64,000 nt of DNA. It comes from a virus. Positions 55,751 through 63,014 of this stretch are shown one piece after another. Positions within the stretch are counted from its first letter, which is position 1. Each line of letters starts with the position of its first letter. Position numbers and translations under genes: made by a program. Where the stretch lies: the IMG/VR virus record IMGVR_UViG_3300032242_000920, positions 7,789 through 71,788 of that record. One strand, given 5' to 3'. The notes under the pieces were generated by a model. It was not told the origin of the DNA and did not search any database. It saw only the letters and a program-made list of their open reading frames with translations.

Positions 55751-55910
55751 AGCACGGATCACTTCATCCATACAAAGGGAAATCTCAATGTGTGATGACT
55801 ACATTGATCTGATGGTTCTGGCTTCGGTACTGTATGACTCCTCAAAGCATATCTTCTCGGTCTACACAAATAATACAGGTCTTGAACCCTCAATTAAAGA
55901 AATTGATTGA
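55716..55910 (+). CDS. Hypothetical protein
   Basis: AGGAG SD; stop overlaps the next -35. Confidence 0.65.
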   Translation: MITLNNQQKEIKARITSSIQREISMCDDYIDLMVLASVLYDSSKHIFSVYTNNTGLEPSIKEID

Positions 55911-55964
55911 CAGTTACTCTCCTTTTTGTTAGTATGACTTCAGTAAAGGTGAAAGGAAAAGTAA
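55907..55964 (+). promoter_or_regulatory. Early promoter TTGACA-17-TAGTAT with spacer complementary to the RBS region
   Basis: TTACTCTCCTTT versus AAAGGAAAAGTAA (imperfect). Confidence 0.7.
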
Positions 55965-56237
55965 ATGTCTTACCCCAAGACCATTCTGATCGGCGATCGT
56001 GTCCGTTGGACCTCTGCTGCTGGTACTCTTCGCGGTGAAGTAGTTCGTATTGTAAAGGCTAAGAATGCCGCAGGCAATATGATCGACTGGATCCACGTGG
56101 AATACTTCAACCCCAAGTCGCCCACAAATCATTCGATTGCTGTTCTGGCTGATACTGCTCTTGAAATGCTAAAGTTTGTTGTCACATTCCGTGATGTTAA
56201 CATTCATCTTGCTCGTAGTGAAAAGGTTATTGCATAA
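55965..56237 (+). CDS. Hypothetical early protein (SH3-like IGDRVRW start)
   Basis: Own promoter and SD. Confidence 0.7.
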   Translation: MSYPKTILIGDRVRWTSAAGTLRGEVVRIVKAKNAAGNMIDWIHVEYFNPKSPTNHSIAVLADTALEMLKFVVTFRDVNIHLARSEKVIA

Positions 56238-56506
56238 TGTACAAGATTTTTAAGTATCCTCTGGAAATTACTGATACACAGTTCATCAATGCTATTCCTT
56301 GTGGATATAAGATTCTGAAGGTTGCATATCAGGGCGATCAACTGTGCATCTGGATCATGGTGAATACCGAGGCTGACATGTTCCGTACAGACATTCGCAT
56401 TGACATCTACGGTACAGGTCAGTGTATTGATCGTGAAGATATGACCTATCTAGACACGGTTCATGCTCCTGATGGTTTAGTTTGGCACGTTTTTAAAGTT
56501 TATTAA
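56237..56506 (+). CDS. Conserved phage hypothetical protein
   Basis: KIFKYPL...Q...L.IW..V...YGTG...YL.TV....VWHVF pattern. Confidence 0.75.
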   Translation: MYKIFKYPLEITDTQFINAIPCGYKILKVAYQGDQLCIWIMVNTEADMFRTDIRIDIYGTGQCIDREDMTYLDTVHAPDGLVWHVFKVY

Positions 56507-56514
56507 GAAAGGAA

Positions 56515-56736
56515 ATGATTATGGATAAGTTTATGATTGGTTTGTTTAGTGTTCTCGGTGTTATCGCTCTGGCATGTGTGCTTGGGCTTCTGTTTGCACT
56601 GCCTGTTATGTGGATCTGGAATGACTCGCTTGTTCCTGCTGTCACGTTTGCAAAGCCTATTGGTTGGACTCAGGCATGGGCACTCATGGTTCTGTCTTCG
56701 CTGCTCTTCAAGGGCAAGATTAATACAAAGGATTGA
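56515..56736 (+). CDS. Membrane protein
   Basis: Hydrophobic; MWIWN...P...IGW.QAW.L motif. Confidence 0.72.
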   Translation: MIMDKFMIGLFSVLGVIALACVLGLLFALPVMWIWNDSLVPAVTFAKPIGWTQAWALMVLSSLLFKGKINTKD

Positions 56737-56738
56737 TT

Positions 56739-57056
56739 ATGATTAAGAGTTTTTTTATTACTCTCGGTGCAATTGTACTTTGGCTAGGTGTAATCTTCGG
56801 TCTCTCATACTTCTCGTATGAGATGTATGACTTCTTTGCGCCTCGCTATCGTGCTGTTGACAGTAAGGTGTTCCATGAATCGGAACAGTACAACGAGGGC
56901 ATGGTTCGTGATCTTACCGAACTTCAGCGTCAGTATGTGACTTCGGATGAGGCTGGTAAGTCTGCACTGCGCCCTATCATTCGTCATCGCTTTGAGGTCT
57001 ATCCTGAAAACAAGATGCCCTCTGACCTCCGTGACTTCTACGACTCTATCAAGTAA
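56739..57056 (+). CDS. N-terminally anchored membrane protein
   Basis: TM helix then FAPRY..V...VF..S..YN.GM..DL. Confidence 0.75.
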   Translation: MIKSFFITLGAIVLWLGVIFGLSYFSYEMYDFFAPRYRAVDSKVFHESEQYNEGMVRDLTELQRQYVTSDEAGKSALRPIIRHRFEVYPENKMPSDLRDFYDSIK

Positions 57057-57067
57057 GGAATTATATC

Positions 57068-57577
57068 ATGAATAAGTTTATTGCTCTTGCTACTCTTGCT
57101 ACTACTCTTGCTCTTACCGGATGTGATGATGCTACTCAAGGTTCATCCGACCAGATTCAGAACTGGCAACAGGAACAGATTTCGAAGCAGGCTGTTGAAT
57201 CCGTTGGTCTCCCTGCTATCAAGAACTTCCAGGAAAAGCGCCTGATGAAGGACATTCTTGAACTTCGCGACCAACCCAATCTTGTGACCTATACGTATAT
57301 CCTTGATCTTAACGGGCGCACACATAAGGTCTGTGACTCGATTGGTTATGGTCTTCCTTATGCCACACAGTATACCAGCCCACAGCGTGTTGCAGATGGT
57401 TCTGAAACACCGGATCGTGGTAATATCACTATTCCACAGGCTGATCCTAACGGTCTGTTTAGTCCTGCTTCTGCCGATGGTACTTGGGTTCTCTGCAAGG
57501 TTCCTGGTAGCGACGATGTGAAGCCTGTCTACATCGAACCTCATGTACTTGTTTCACCCTTTCCTCTGGGGATGTAA
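57068..57577 (+). CDS. Lipoprotein
   Basis: Lipobox LTG-C; SIGYGLPYATQYT.P, QADPNGLF.P.SA.GTWV.C. Confidence 0.8.
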   Translation: MNKFIALATLATTLALTGCDDATQGSSDQIQNWQQEQISKQAVESVGLPAIKNFQEKRLMKDILELRDQPNLVTYTYILDLNGRTHKVCDSIGYGLPYATQYTSPQRVADGSETPDRGNITIPQADPNGLFSPASADGTWVLCKVPGSDDVKPVYIEPHVLVSPFPLGM

Positions 57578-57579
57578 TC

Positions 57580-57858
57580 ATGGCACTTTTTATCGTTGAA
57601 ACTATTTCGTCTCATCGTATGCGATATGCAGTAGAGGCACACACACTTGAAGATGCTCTTGACGAAGTAACTGTCAAGAACGAACTTTATGATGAAGATT
57701 GGCGAGAAATGTCACAACACCACATTGGTGAAATCATTTCCAGCAGTCGTGAGGTTACTTCTGAAGAGTATCTGAAGGTCTTCGATGAAGACAATGAGTA
57801 TCTACGAGAATGGCCAGATGAACAAAAGTTTCAGTTTATCAATCATATTGTTTCTTAA
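57580..57858 (+). CDS. Hypothetical protein
   Basis: VETIS..RMRY.VE...E.SQ.H.GE.I motif; acidic. Confidence 0.7.
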   Translation: MALFIVETISSHRMRYAVEAHTLEDALDEVTVKNELYDEDWREMSQHHIGEIISSSREVTSEEYLKVFDEDNEYLREWPDEQKFQFINHIVS

Positions 57859-57864
57859 AATCTG

Positions 57865-57918
57865 TTGACATATATACTCCCTTTTGATATAAAGAAAACA
57901 TCAAAAGGGAGTTTTTTT
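57865..57918 (+). promoter_or_regulatory. Early promoter TTGACA-17-TATAAA embedded in a 13-bp inverted repeat plus T7 (promoter/terminator/RBS composite)
   Basis: ACTCCCTTTTGAT (57876-57888) pairs with ATCAAAAGGGAGT (57900-57912), then a T-run, then ATG 57919. Confidence 0.8.
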
Positions 57919-58059
57919 ATGCTTACTATTAAAGATCGTCGTGGAGATATTATCGAAACCCTTTGGGATGTTGTAGACTACCTGGGTTGTGGTCCGATTG
58001 ATCCCGAACTTCTTGAAGCCCGTGTCCGTGCATTGATTTCTGCACTGGTGGAGGATTGA
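57919..58059 (+). CDS. Hypothetical early protein (46 aa)
   Basis: GGGAG SD; the ORF-track TTG start is the -35 box. Confidence 0.6.
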   Translation: MLTIKDRRGDIIETLWDVVDYLGCGPIDPELLEARVRALISALVED

Positions 58060-58061
58060 TT

Positions 58062-58313
58062 ATGAAACTGTCTAAGGCACAACTAGAATATATCTCTATA
58101 GAAAAAGCTAAGATGGATCAGCGCAAGAAAGACCTCTTGTCTTTTGGAGATGATATCTATAAGAGTGCAGAGTTGCGTTCAGAACTAGGTCGTATTCGTT
58201 ATGATCTTTGGTTTTATAGTATGATGCTCAACTTGCATCGGGTTGAAGTGAAAGCTGAGAAAACTGCCTTTGACGCACTGAAAGATGAACTTGAAAAGGA
58301 AATGTCAGAATGA
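58062..58313 (+). CDS. Hypothetical protein
   Basis: GGAGG SD; coupled to the ligase. Confidence 0.65.
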   Translation: MKLSKAQLEYISIEKAKMDQRKKDLLSFGDDIYKSAELRSELGRIRYDLWFYSMMLNLHRVEVKAEKTAFDALKDELEKEMSE

Positions 58314-59539
58314 ACTACAAATTTCCGCTTATCCGTAATATCTCTGATGTACTGCCTGCTATTGAAGGTCGGGATGAGTTTGTAGTCGCAGACAAAGGGT
58401 CGTACACTGTAATCAACTACAACGTGATGATGGCGGATACGTTTCCTTCCATTGTGGATGATCTTGGTGGTTGGAATATAACTGCTGATAAGGCAAATCA
58501 ACTTGCTGCGATTCGCCGCGAGTGTCGTGGTATCATCTTCGACTCCAAGACTGGTAACATCATCCGCCGTCCGTTCCATAAGTTCTTCAACGTGAATGAG
58601 CGTGAGTCGACTCAGGATCACTCTGTTGATCTGTCTCGTGGTCATGCTATCCTTGAGAAGCTCGATGGCTCGATGATCGCTCCGTTCATCGTTGGGGATA
58701 AGCTGATCTGGGGTACCAAGATGGGTGCTACTGATGTGGCAAAGCCTGTCGAGGAGTTTGTGAAGAACAATCCTCAGTATGAGCGTTTTGCTACTTCCTG
58801 CATTGCCAACGGTGTAACTCCGATCTTTGAATGGTGTTCGCGTAAGCAGCGCATTGTTCTGGACTACAAGGAAGATCAACTGATCCTCACCGCTCTTCGC
58901 GATATGCATACTGGCGAATATATCAAACTGTTCGGTGATGATAGTATCAACCGATTCCATGTTGAAGATTGGGATATCCCTGTCGTTCGTGCATTTGAGT
59001 TCACTAACTATGGTGAACAGAATGACATGAAGGCATTCCTTGAATATGTTCACGATCTGGAAGACCTTGAAGGCTTCGTGGTTCGTTTCGATGATGGTCA
59101 TATGCTGAAGTTGAAGTGCCATTGGTATCTTCAAATCCATAAGGCTAAGGAAGCTATCCTCCAGGACCGTAACATTGTTGAGTTGATCCTTGACGAAAAG
59201 CTGGATGACATTAAGGCTCATCTCCCTGCAGAGGATCGTGATCGTCTGACTCAGTTTGAGAGCGATTTCAATCATGCAGTCAACTGGGTTGTAACTAATA
59301 TTATGAGTGCACATCACGAAATACAATGCAGTGGTATTGATCGTAAGACATTTGCACTAACCAAGGCGAATACGTACGATCAATACACACGTCCTATTCT
59401 GTTTCGTATGTTCGACGGACACGTTCCGTCTGATATTCATGATATTATTGCCAACACGATCCGCAACAACCTTGGTCGTACGGTCAAGTATGAAGCAATT
59501 CGTGATGTTTGGTTTAAGGATGTGAAATATAATGACTGA
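58310..59539 (+). CDS. rnlA: RNA ligase 1 family (Rnl1/gp63-like)
   Basis: RECRGIIF...HKFFN..E; motif I EKLDGS; FE; EGFVV; K.K..WY...H. Confidence 0.88.
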   Translation: MNYKFPLIRNISDVLPAIEGRDEFVVADKGSYTVINYNVMMADTFPSIVDDLGGWNITADKANQLAAIRRECRGIIFDSKTGNIIRRPFHKFFNVNERESTQDHSVDLSRGHAILEKLDGSMIAPFIVGDKLIWGTKMGATDVAKPVEEFVKNNPQYERFATSCIANGVTPIFEWCSRKQRIVLDYKEDQLILTALRDMHTGEYIKLFGDDSINRFHVEDWDIPVVRAFEFTNYGEQNDMKAFLEYVHDLEDLEGFVVRFDDGHMLKLKCHWYLQIHKAKEAILQDRNIVELILDEKLDDIKAHLPAEDRDRLTQFESDFNHAVNWVVTNIMSAHHEIQCSGIDRKTFALTKANTYDQYTRPILFRMFDGHVPSDIHDIIANTIRNNLGRTVKYEAIRDVWFKDVKYND

Positions 59540-59720
59540 TTATGATGTGAAAGTGGGAGCTGAACTCTATTCAATCGTAAAGGATTTTATTGAGGAACAA
59601 AATATCTGGAGTGATGAATGCGTATACCAATCTGATCGTGTGATCGAAAATGCATACACATTCATTACTCGACTTTGCAATGTAGTTGGTTATAAAGAAT
59701 TGGATGGTGAAGATGACTGA
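59532..59720 (+). CDS. Hypothetical protein
   Basis: Coupled ORF; FI....I...E.VYQ.DRV..NA..FI..LC..VGY. Confidence 0.68.
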   Translation: MTDYDVKVGAELYSIVKDFIEEQNIWSDECVYQSDRVIENAYTFITRLCNVVGYKELDGEDD

Positions 59721-59892
59721 AGATCGAGCAACTGTTCTTCTCAAGGCAGTCCTAGAAATCCTTAACAAGTGCGACGAAGGTCCATATGTTAAGGAATTCT
59801 TTGGTGAAACTGCTTTTTATGATGGTACTGATTGTGATGGATATTGTCTGAAAGATGATATCGAGTATTTTTTGGAGTACGGTGATGCCTAA
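59713..59892 (+). CDS. Hypothetical protein
   Basis: ATG 59713; YDG.DCDGYCL..DI motif. Confidence 0.65.
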   Translation: MTEDRATVLLKAVLEILNKCDEGPYVKEFFGETAFYDGTDCDGYCLKDDIEYFLEYGDA

Positions 59893-60052
59893 AAAGGAAA
59901 TGTCTGCACTGTTGCAAGAATGGCTTGACATTCATGATGAACCGTGTCATCATGATCATCATGGTTATTGCCAGGCACATTTTTTGGAAGACAAAGGCAA
60001 CTGTATTGTGGAACGAACTCGCAATCTATTGAAGGAAATTGAAGATGCCTAA
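59885..60052 (+). CDS. Small His/Cys protein
   Basis: GGAG SD; C.HDHHGYCQAH...C motif. Confidence 0.65.
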   Translation: MPKKEMSALLQEWLDIHDEPCHHDHHGYCQAHFLEDKGNCIVERTRNLLKEIEDA

Positions 60053-60512
60053 GTGTGTAATTTTGGTTGGTGTTCCTGGTTCGGGTAAGTCTACATGGCT
60101 TATTGATAATACAACCGTGTCTTCTAAGATTGTTTCTACTGATAATATCATTGAAGGGTTGGCTTATGCTTATGGGTTCACCTACAATGAAATCTTCAGC
60201 GAGACGATCCGCTTTGCTGATATGGTGATGGTAAAGCGAATGCTGGAAGCTGCTGAGGCTGGACTCGATTTGTACATTGATCGTACCAATATGTCGGAGA
60301 AGTCTCGTCGTCAGTTTATCAACAAGCTGAAGAAGTATGGTTACGAGTTTGAGTGTGTGGTATTTCCAACTCCTGAACCTGAGGAATGGCAGCGTAGACT
60401 GGACTCGCGTCCTGGTAAGACCATTCCTCAGGAAGCTCTTGATAGAATGCAGAACAGCTATGAGATTCCTCTTGAGTCTGAAGGTTTTTCAAAGATCACT
60501 TTTATCGGTTGA
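60045..60512 (+). CDS. P-loop kinase (polynucleotide-kinase/AAA_33-like), copy 1
   Basis: GVPGSGKST, STD, IDRTN....SRR, R...R.GK.IP. Confidence 0.85.
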   Translation: MPKCVILVGVPGSGKSTWLIDNTTVSSKIVSTDNIIEGLAYAYGFTYNEIFSETIRFADMVMVKRMLEAAEAGLDLYIDRTNMSEKSRRQFINKLKKYGYEFECVVFPTPEPEEWQRRLDSRPGKTIPQEALDRMQNSYEIPLESEGFSKITFIG

Positions 60513-60536
60513 CATATAAACCGAATCGTATATACT
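60509..60536 (+). promoter_or_regulatory. Early promoter TTGACA-16-TATACT driving the GC-rich island
   Basis: -35 overlaps the kinase stop; ATCGGTTGACAT shared with 62799-62810. Confidence 0.65.
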
Positions 60537-60570
60537 GAAAAAGTAATCAGTGATTGAAAGGAATTTTGTA

Positions 60571-60786
60571 ATGCCGACTGAGACACCGATGACACCGCTG
60601 GAGCGGGAAGCGTTGGACAACGGCGGCGTGTGCGATCCCGACCGTATCATGCGCGAGCTTTCGGACCTGCAACAGTGGTGCGTTTTGATGTCCCGCAAGG
60701 ATCGTGGCGGGTTGCCTGCTGCCGATGTGATCCAACGTACCCGCATTTGCATCGTGAACCTGAGGAAGGACCGCACCGATGGATAA
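60571..60786 (+). CDS. Hypothetical protein (island)
   Basis: AAGGAA SD before ATG 60571. Confidence 0.55.
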   Translation: MPTETPMTPLEREALDNGGVCDPDRIMRELSDLQQWCVLMSRKDRGGLPAADVIQRTRICIVNLRKDRTDG

Positions 60787-61099
60787 GGACCAACTCGCCG
60801 CGCTGGATCGGGCGGAGCAAGCAGCATGGGAGGCCCACAAGGCAAACCCAAGCGACCCAGACCTCAAAGGTAAGGCCCACGAGTCTACCATTGAATTTCG
60901 CTTTGCCCTCGTGAAAGCCTACCGCACCGGCAAGCTCGTCCTGATCGAAGATGGGGCGGTGGAGCGGGTGGCGCGGGCGATTGCTCTTGAATGCGATTGT
61001 GACCCGGATGTTTACATCGCCATGCACGGCAAGCACTCATGGGATAAGAACTTTTGCCAACAGGCCCGCGCCGCACTCTCTGCGCTGGGGGTGAAGTGA
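60779..61099 (+). CDS. Hypothetical protein (island)
   Basis: VERVARAIA...QARAALSAL motif typical of temperate-phage early genes. Confidence 0.65.
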   Translation: MDKDQLAALDRAEQAAWEAHKANPSDPDLKGKAHESTIEFRFALVKAYRTGKLVLIEDGAVERVARAIALECDCDPDVYIAMHGKHSWDKNFCQQARAALSALGVK

Positions 61100-61359
61100 T
61101 GGGCGACATAGTTGCTTTTCTAGCCACTCGCTTGAGCGCAGCACAAACCGACATTCGACATGCTTACCCAATCATGTCAGTGTCCGGCCAAGATCGCGGG
61201 GAAGTCATCTATGATGGCGCAACTCGACCATTCCGTATCATCACGCGCGAAGAGCAATTGCGCGGGCTTCATCTGCATACGTTTGAGGTGTTAGATCATG
61301 CCACTGGGCACATCAATTTGCGCATGATTGAAATCGCAAATTCAAGGATAATGCCATGA
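61099..61359 (+). CDS. Hypothetical protein (island)
   Basis: TGATG coupling. Confidence 0.55.
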   Translation: MGDIVAFLATRLSAAQTDIRHAYPIMSVSGQDRGEVIYDGATRPFRIITREEQLRGLHLHTFEVLDHATGHINLRMIEIANSRIMP

Positions 61360-61649
61360 CCACACCATCAGAAGAAGCCATCCGTGCTGCGTGTGACCTG
61401 ATCGGGCTATCGTGGGAAGCATGGCCCACATGCGAAGGTCCGCTGCGCACCGCCGTCAAGGAGATCGCCCGCCGCCTTGATGCCGAGCGGGAGGCTGTAC
61501 CGGTGGATATGCCGAGCAGCCCCAACCCCGACTGCGAAGCCTGTGGTGGCGAAGGTGAAGACGCAGACCCTTATGGCATGTTCGATTACGACTGCTACAA
61601 GCCATGCCCCGCTTGCTACGCCCACCCACCCAAGGAGCCGACGACATGA
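61356..61649 (+). CDS. Zinc-ribbon protein (island)
   Basis: CEACGGEG...CPAC. Confidence 0.65.
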   Translation: MTTPSEEAIRAACDLIGLSWEAWPTCEGPLRTAVKEIARRLDAEREAVPVDMPSSPNPDCEACGGEGEDADPYGMFDYDCYKPCPACYAHPPKEPTT

Positions 61650-61855
61650 GCCACTGGAGCAATCAGTTTCCTAAAGGCGCTCGCGTCCGCAAGGTGTCCG
61701 GTCCTGAATGGGAGGGCATCGTTGTCGGCCACTATAGCAGCACCTACACGCCGGAAGGGCTGGTGATCGAATGCACCGTGCCGGGAGCCAAGGGGCAGGT
61801 CCATGTTGAGCCCGCCAAACGAATGTTGTTGATCGAGGAGCCGACCGATGCGTGA
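61646..61855 (+). CDS. DfrB/R67 type II dihydrofolate reductase-fold (SH3) homolog with altered active-site motif
   Basis: FPKGARVRKVSGPEWEGIVVGHYSSTYTPEGLVIE...GQVHVEP aligns with R67 [35 protein letters not shown]...GSVQIYP. Confidence 0.8.
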   Translation: MSHWSNQFPKGARVRKVSGPEWEGIVVGHYSSTYTPEGLVIECTVPGAKGQVHVEPAKRMLLIEEPTDA

Positions 61856-62098
61856 GAAGCTGGAAGAGGCGCTGCAAGATGGCCGCGCGGTGCCAATCTG
61901 GCGACGCTACTGAACCGCGCCACAGCAGCAGAGGCGCGTGAGGCGAAGCTGCGGGAGGCTTTGGCTACTGTCCGCGACTACGTTGCCGATGCAGCCATGG
62001 GCGCGCTGATCTACGTTGACAGCAGCGAGGGTTATATCGCTATGGCCAAGGAAGATTTGGTCCGCGTTGACGCAGCACTGGAGACGGAAAATGGATGA
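61848..62098 (+). pseudogene. Frameshifted island gene
   Basis: ATG 61848 (GGAG SD) frame stops at 61911-61913. A start-less frame 61856-62098 carries the protein-like NRATAAEAREAKLREALA...VDAALETENG and couples to 62091. Confidence 0.55.
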
Positions 62099-62300
62099 TC
62101 TGGTGATGCGGCTGTACGAACAAGCTGATCGGCGGCACGGTTCAATTGGATCGCTACTCTCTCTTGAGTGGAAAGCAGCCGATCTGATCGAAACCCAATC
62201 CGCCGAAATTCGTAGCCTTCGCGAGCAGATATGGGAAATCAAATGCGTATGCCGTACATGGGATCATCCGCTTGCAACTAAAATTCTAAATTTACTCTAA
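62091..62300 (+). CDS. Hypothetical protein (island end)
   Basis: MDDLVMRL...AADLIE....EI..LR motif. Confidence 0.65.
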   Translation: MDDLVMRLYEQADRRHGSIGSLLSLEWKAADLIETQSAEIRSLREQIWEIKCVCRTWDHPLATKILNLL

Positions 62301-62315
62301 AAGAAAGTATAGACT

Positions 62316-62798
62316 ATGCCTAAGCGTATTATCATACTGATTGGCGTTCCTGCCTCTGGTAAGTCGACCTGGATCGAAAAGGAATTCCAGGGTGAATGCC
62401 ATATTGTTTCCACGGATAATATCATCCAGGATTTGGCTGATTATGACGGAAAGACATACAATGATGTCTTCCAGAAGTATATGAAGGTCGTTGAGAAGAT
62501 GATGTGGGAAGATTTTGATCTCTATGTGTCAGGCGGTTACAATCCGATTGTGGTTGATCGTACCAATATGTCTGTCAAGTCTCGCCGTAAGTTCTTTGAA
62601 CGACTCAAGAATTTTCATAGCGGTCATGGATACACGGTTGAGGCTGTGGTGTTTCCGACTCCTGAGTCAGATGAATGGCAGCGCCGGATGGATTCACGGC
62701 CTGGTAAGACAATCCCTCAGCATGTGCTTGATTCGATGACAAGGTCGTACGAACAGCCTAGACTGACTGAAGGCTTCACAAAGGTATCCTTGGCATAA
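62316..62798 (+). CDS. P-loop kinase (polynucleotide-kinase/AAA_33-like), copy 2
   Basis: GVPASGKST, VDRTN, RPGKTIP; clear paralog of 60045-60512. Confidence 0.85.
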   Translation: MPKRIIILIGVPASGKSTWIEKEFQGECHIVSTDNIIQDLADYDGKTYNDVFQKYMKVVEKMMWEDFDLYVSGGYNPIVVDRTNMSVKSRRKFFERLKNFHSGHGYTVEAVVFPTPESDEWQRRMDSRPGKTIPQHVLDSMTRSYEQPRLTEGFTKVSLA

Positions 62799-62803
62799 AT
62801 CGG

Positions 62804-62832
62804 TTGACATTTTATCAAAGCTATGGTAGAAT
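62804..62832 (+). promoter_or_regulatory. Early promoter TTGACA-17-TAGAAT
   Basis: Near-consensus with TGG extended -10. Confidence 0.75.
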
Positions 62833-62858
62833 AAACTATAAGGAATGGAGATTGAATA

Positions 62859-63011
62859 ATGACTTTTGAAGAATGGTTTGAACAAGAATATCCAGAGTCC
62901 ATATGGCAACCATATTATATGGAACGTGAGACGATGAAAGATATCATGTCTACATCATGGGAAGCTGGATATCGCCAAGCCTATTTTGAATGTACACCTA
63001 ATTGGGGATGA
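62859..63011 (+). CDS. Small hypothetical protein (MTFEEWF family, 50 aa), absent from ORF track
   Basis: GGAG SD; similar to 37289-37468. Confidence 0.65.
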   Translation: MTFEEWFEQEYPESIWQPYYMERETMKDIMSTSWEAGYRQAYFECTPNWG

Positions 63012-63014
63012 ATA

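Larger units (their letters stand above)
60550..62300 (+). mobile_element. GC-rich horizontally acquired island of short coupled ORFs, flanked by duplicated kinase genes
   Basis: Visibly much higher GC and GC3 than the flanks; ATGA-type overlaps; no transposase or integrase. Confidence 0.7.

Noticed and set aside
58214-59326. 370-aa minus-strand ORF opposite the RNA ligase
   Set aside because: No recognisable motif, SD or promoter; explained by the ligase's codon bias leaving the antisense frame free of stops.
60489-62242. Numerous overlapping minus-strand ORFs in the GC-rich island
   Set aside because: Expected from stop-codon scarcity at high GC; the + strand ORFs form a coupled chain with SD sites.
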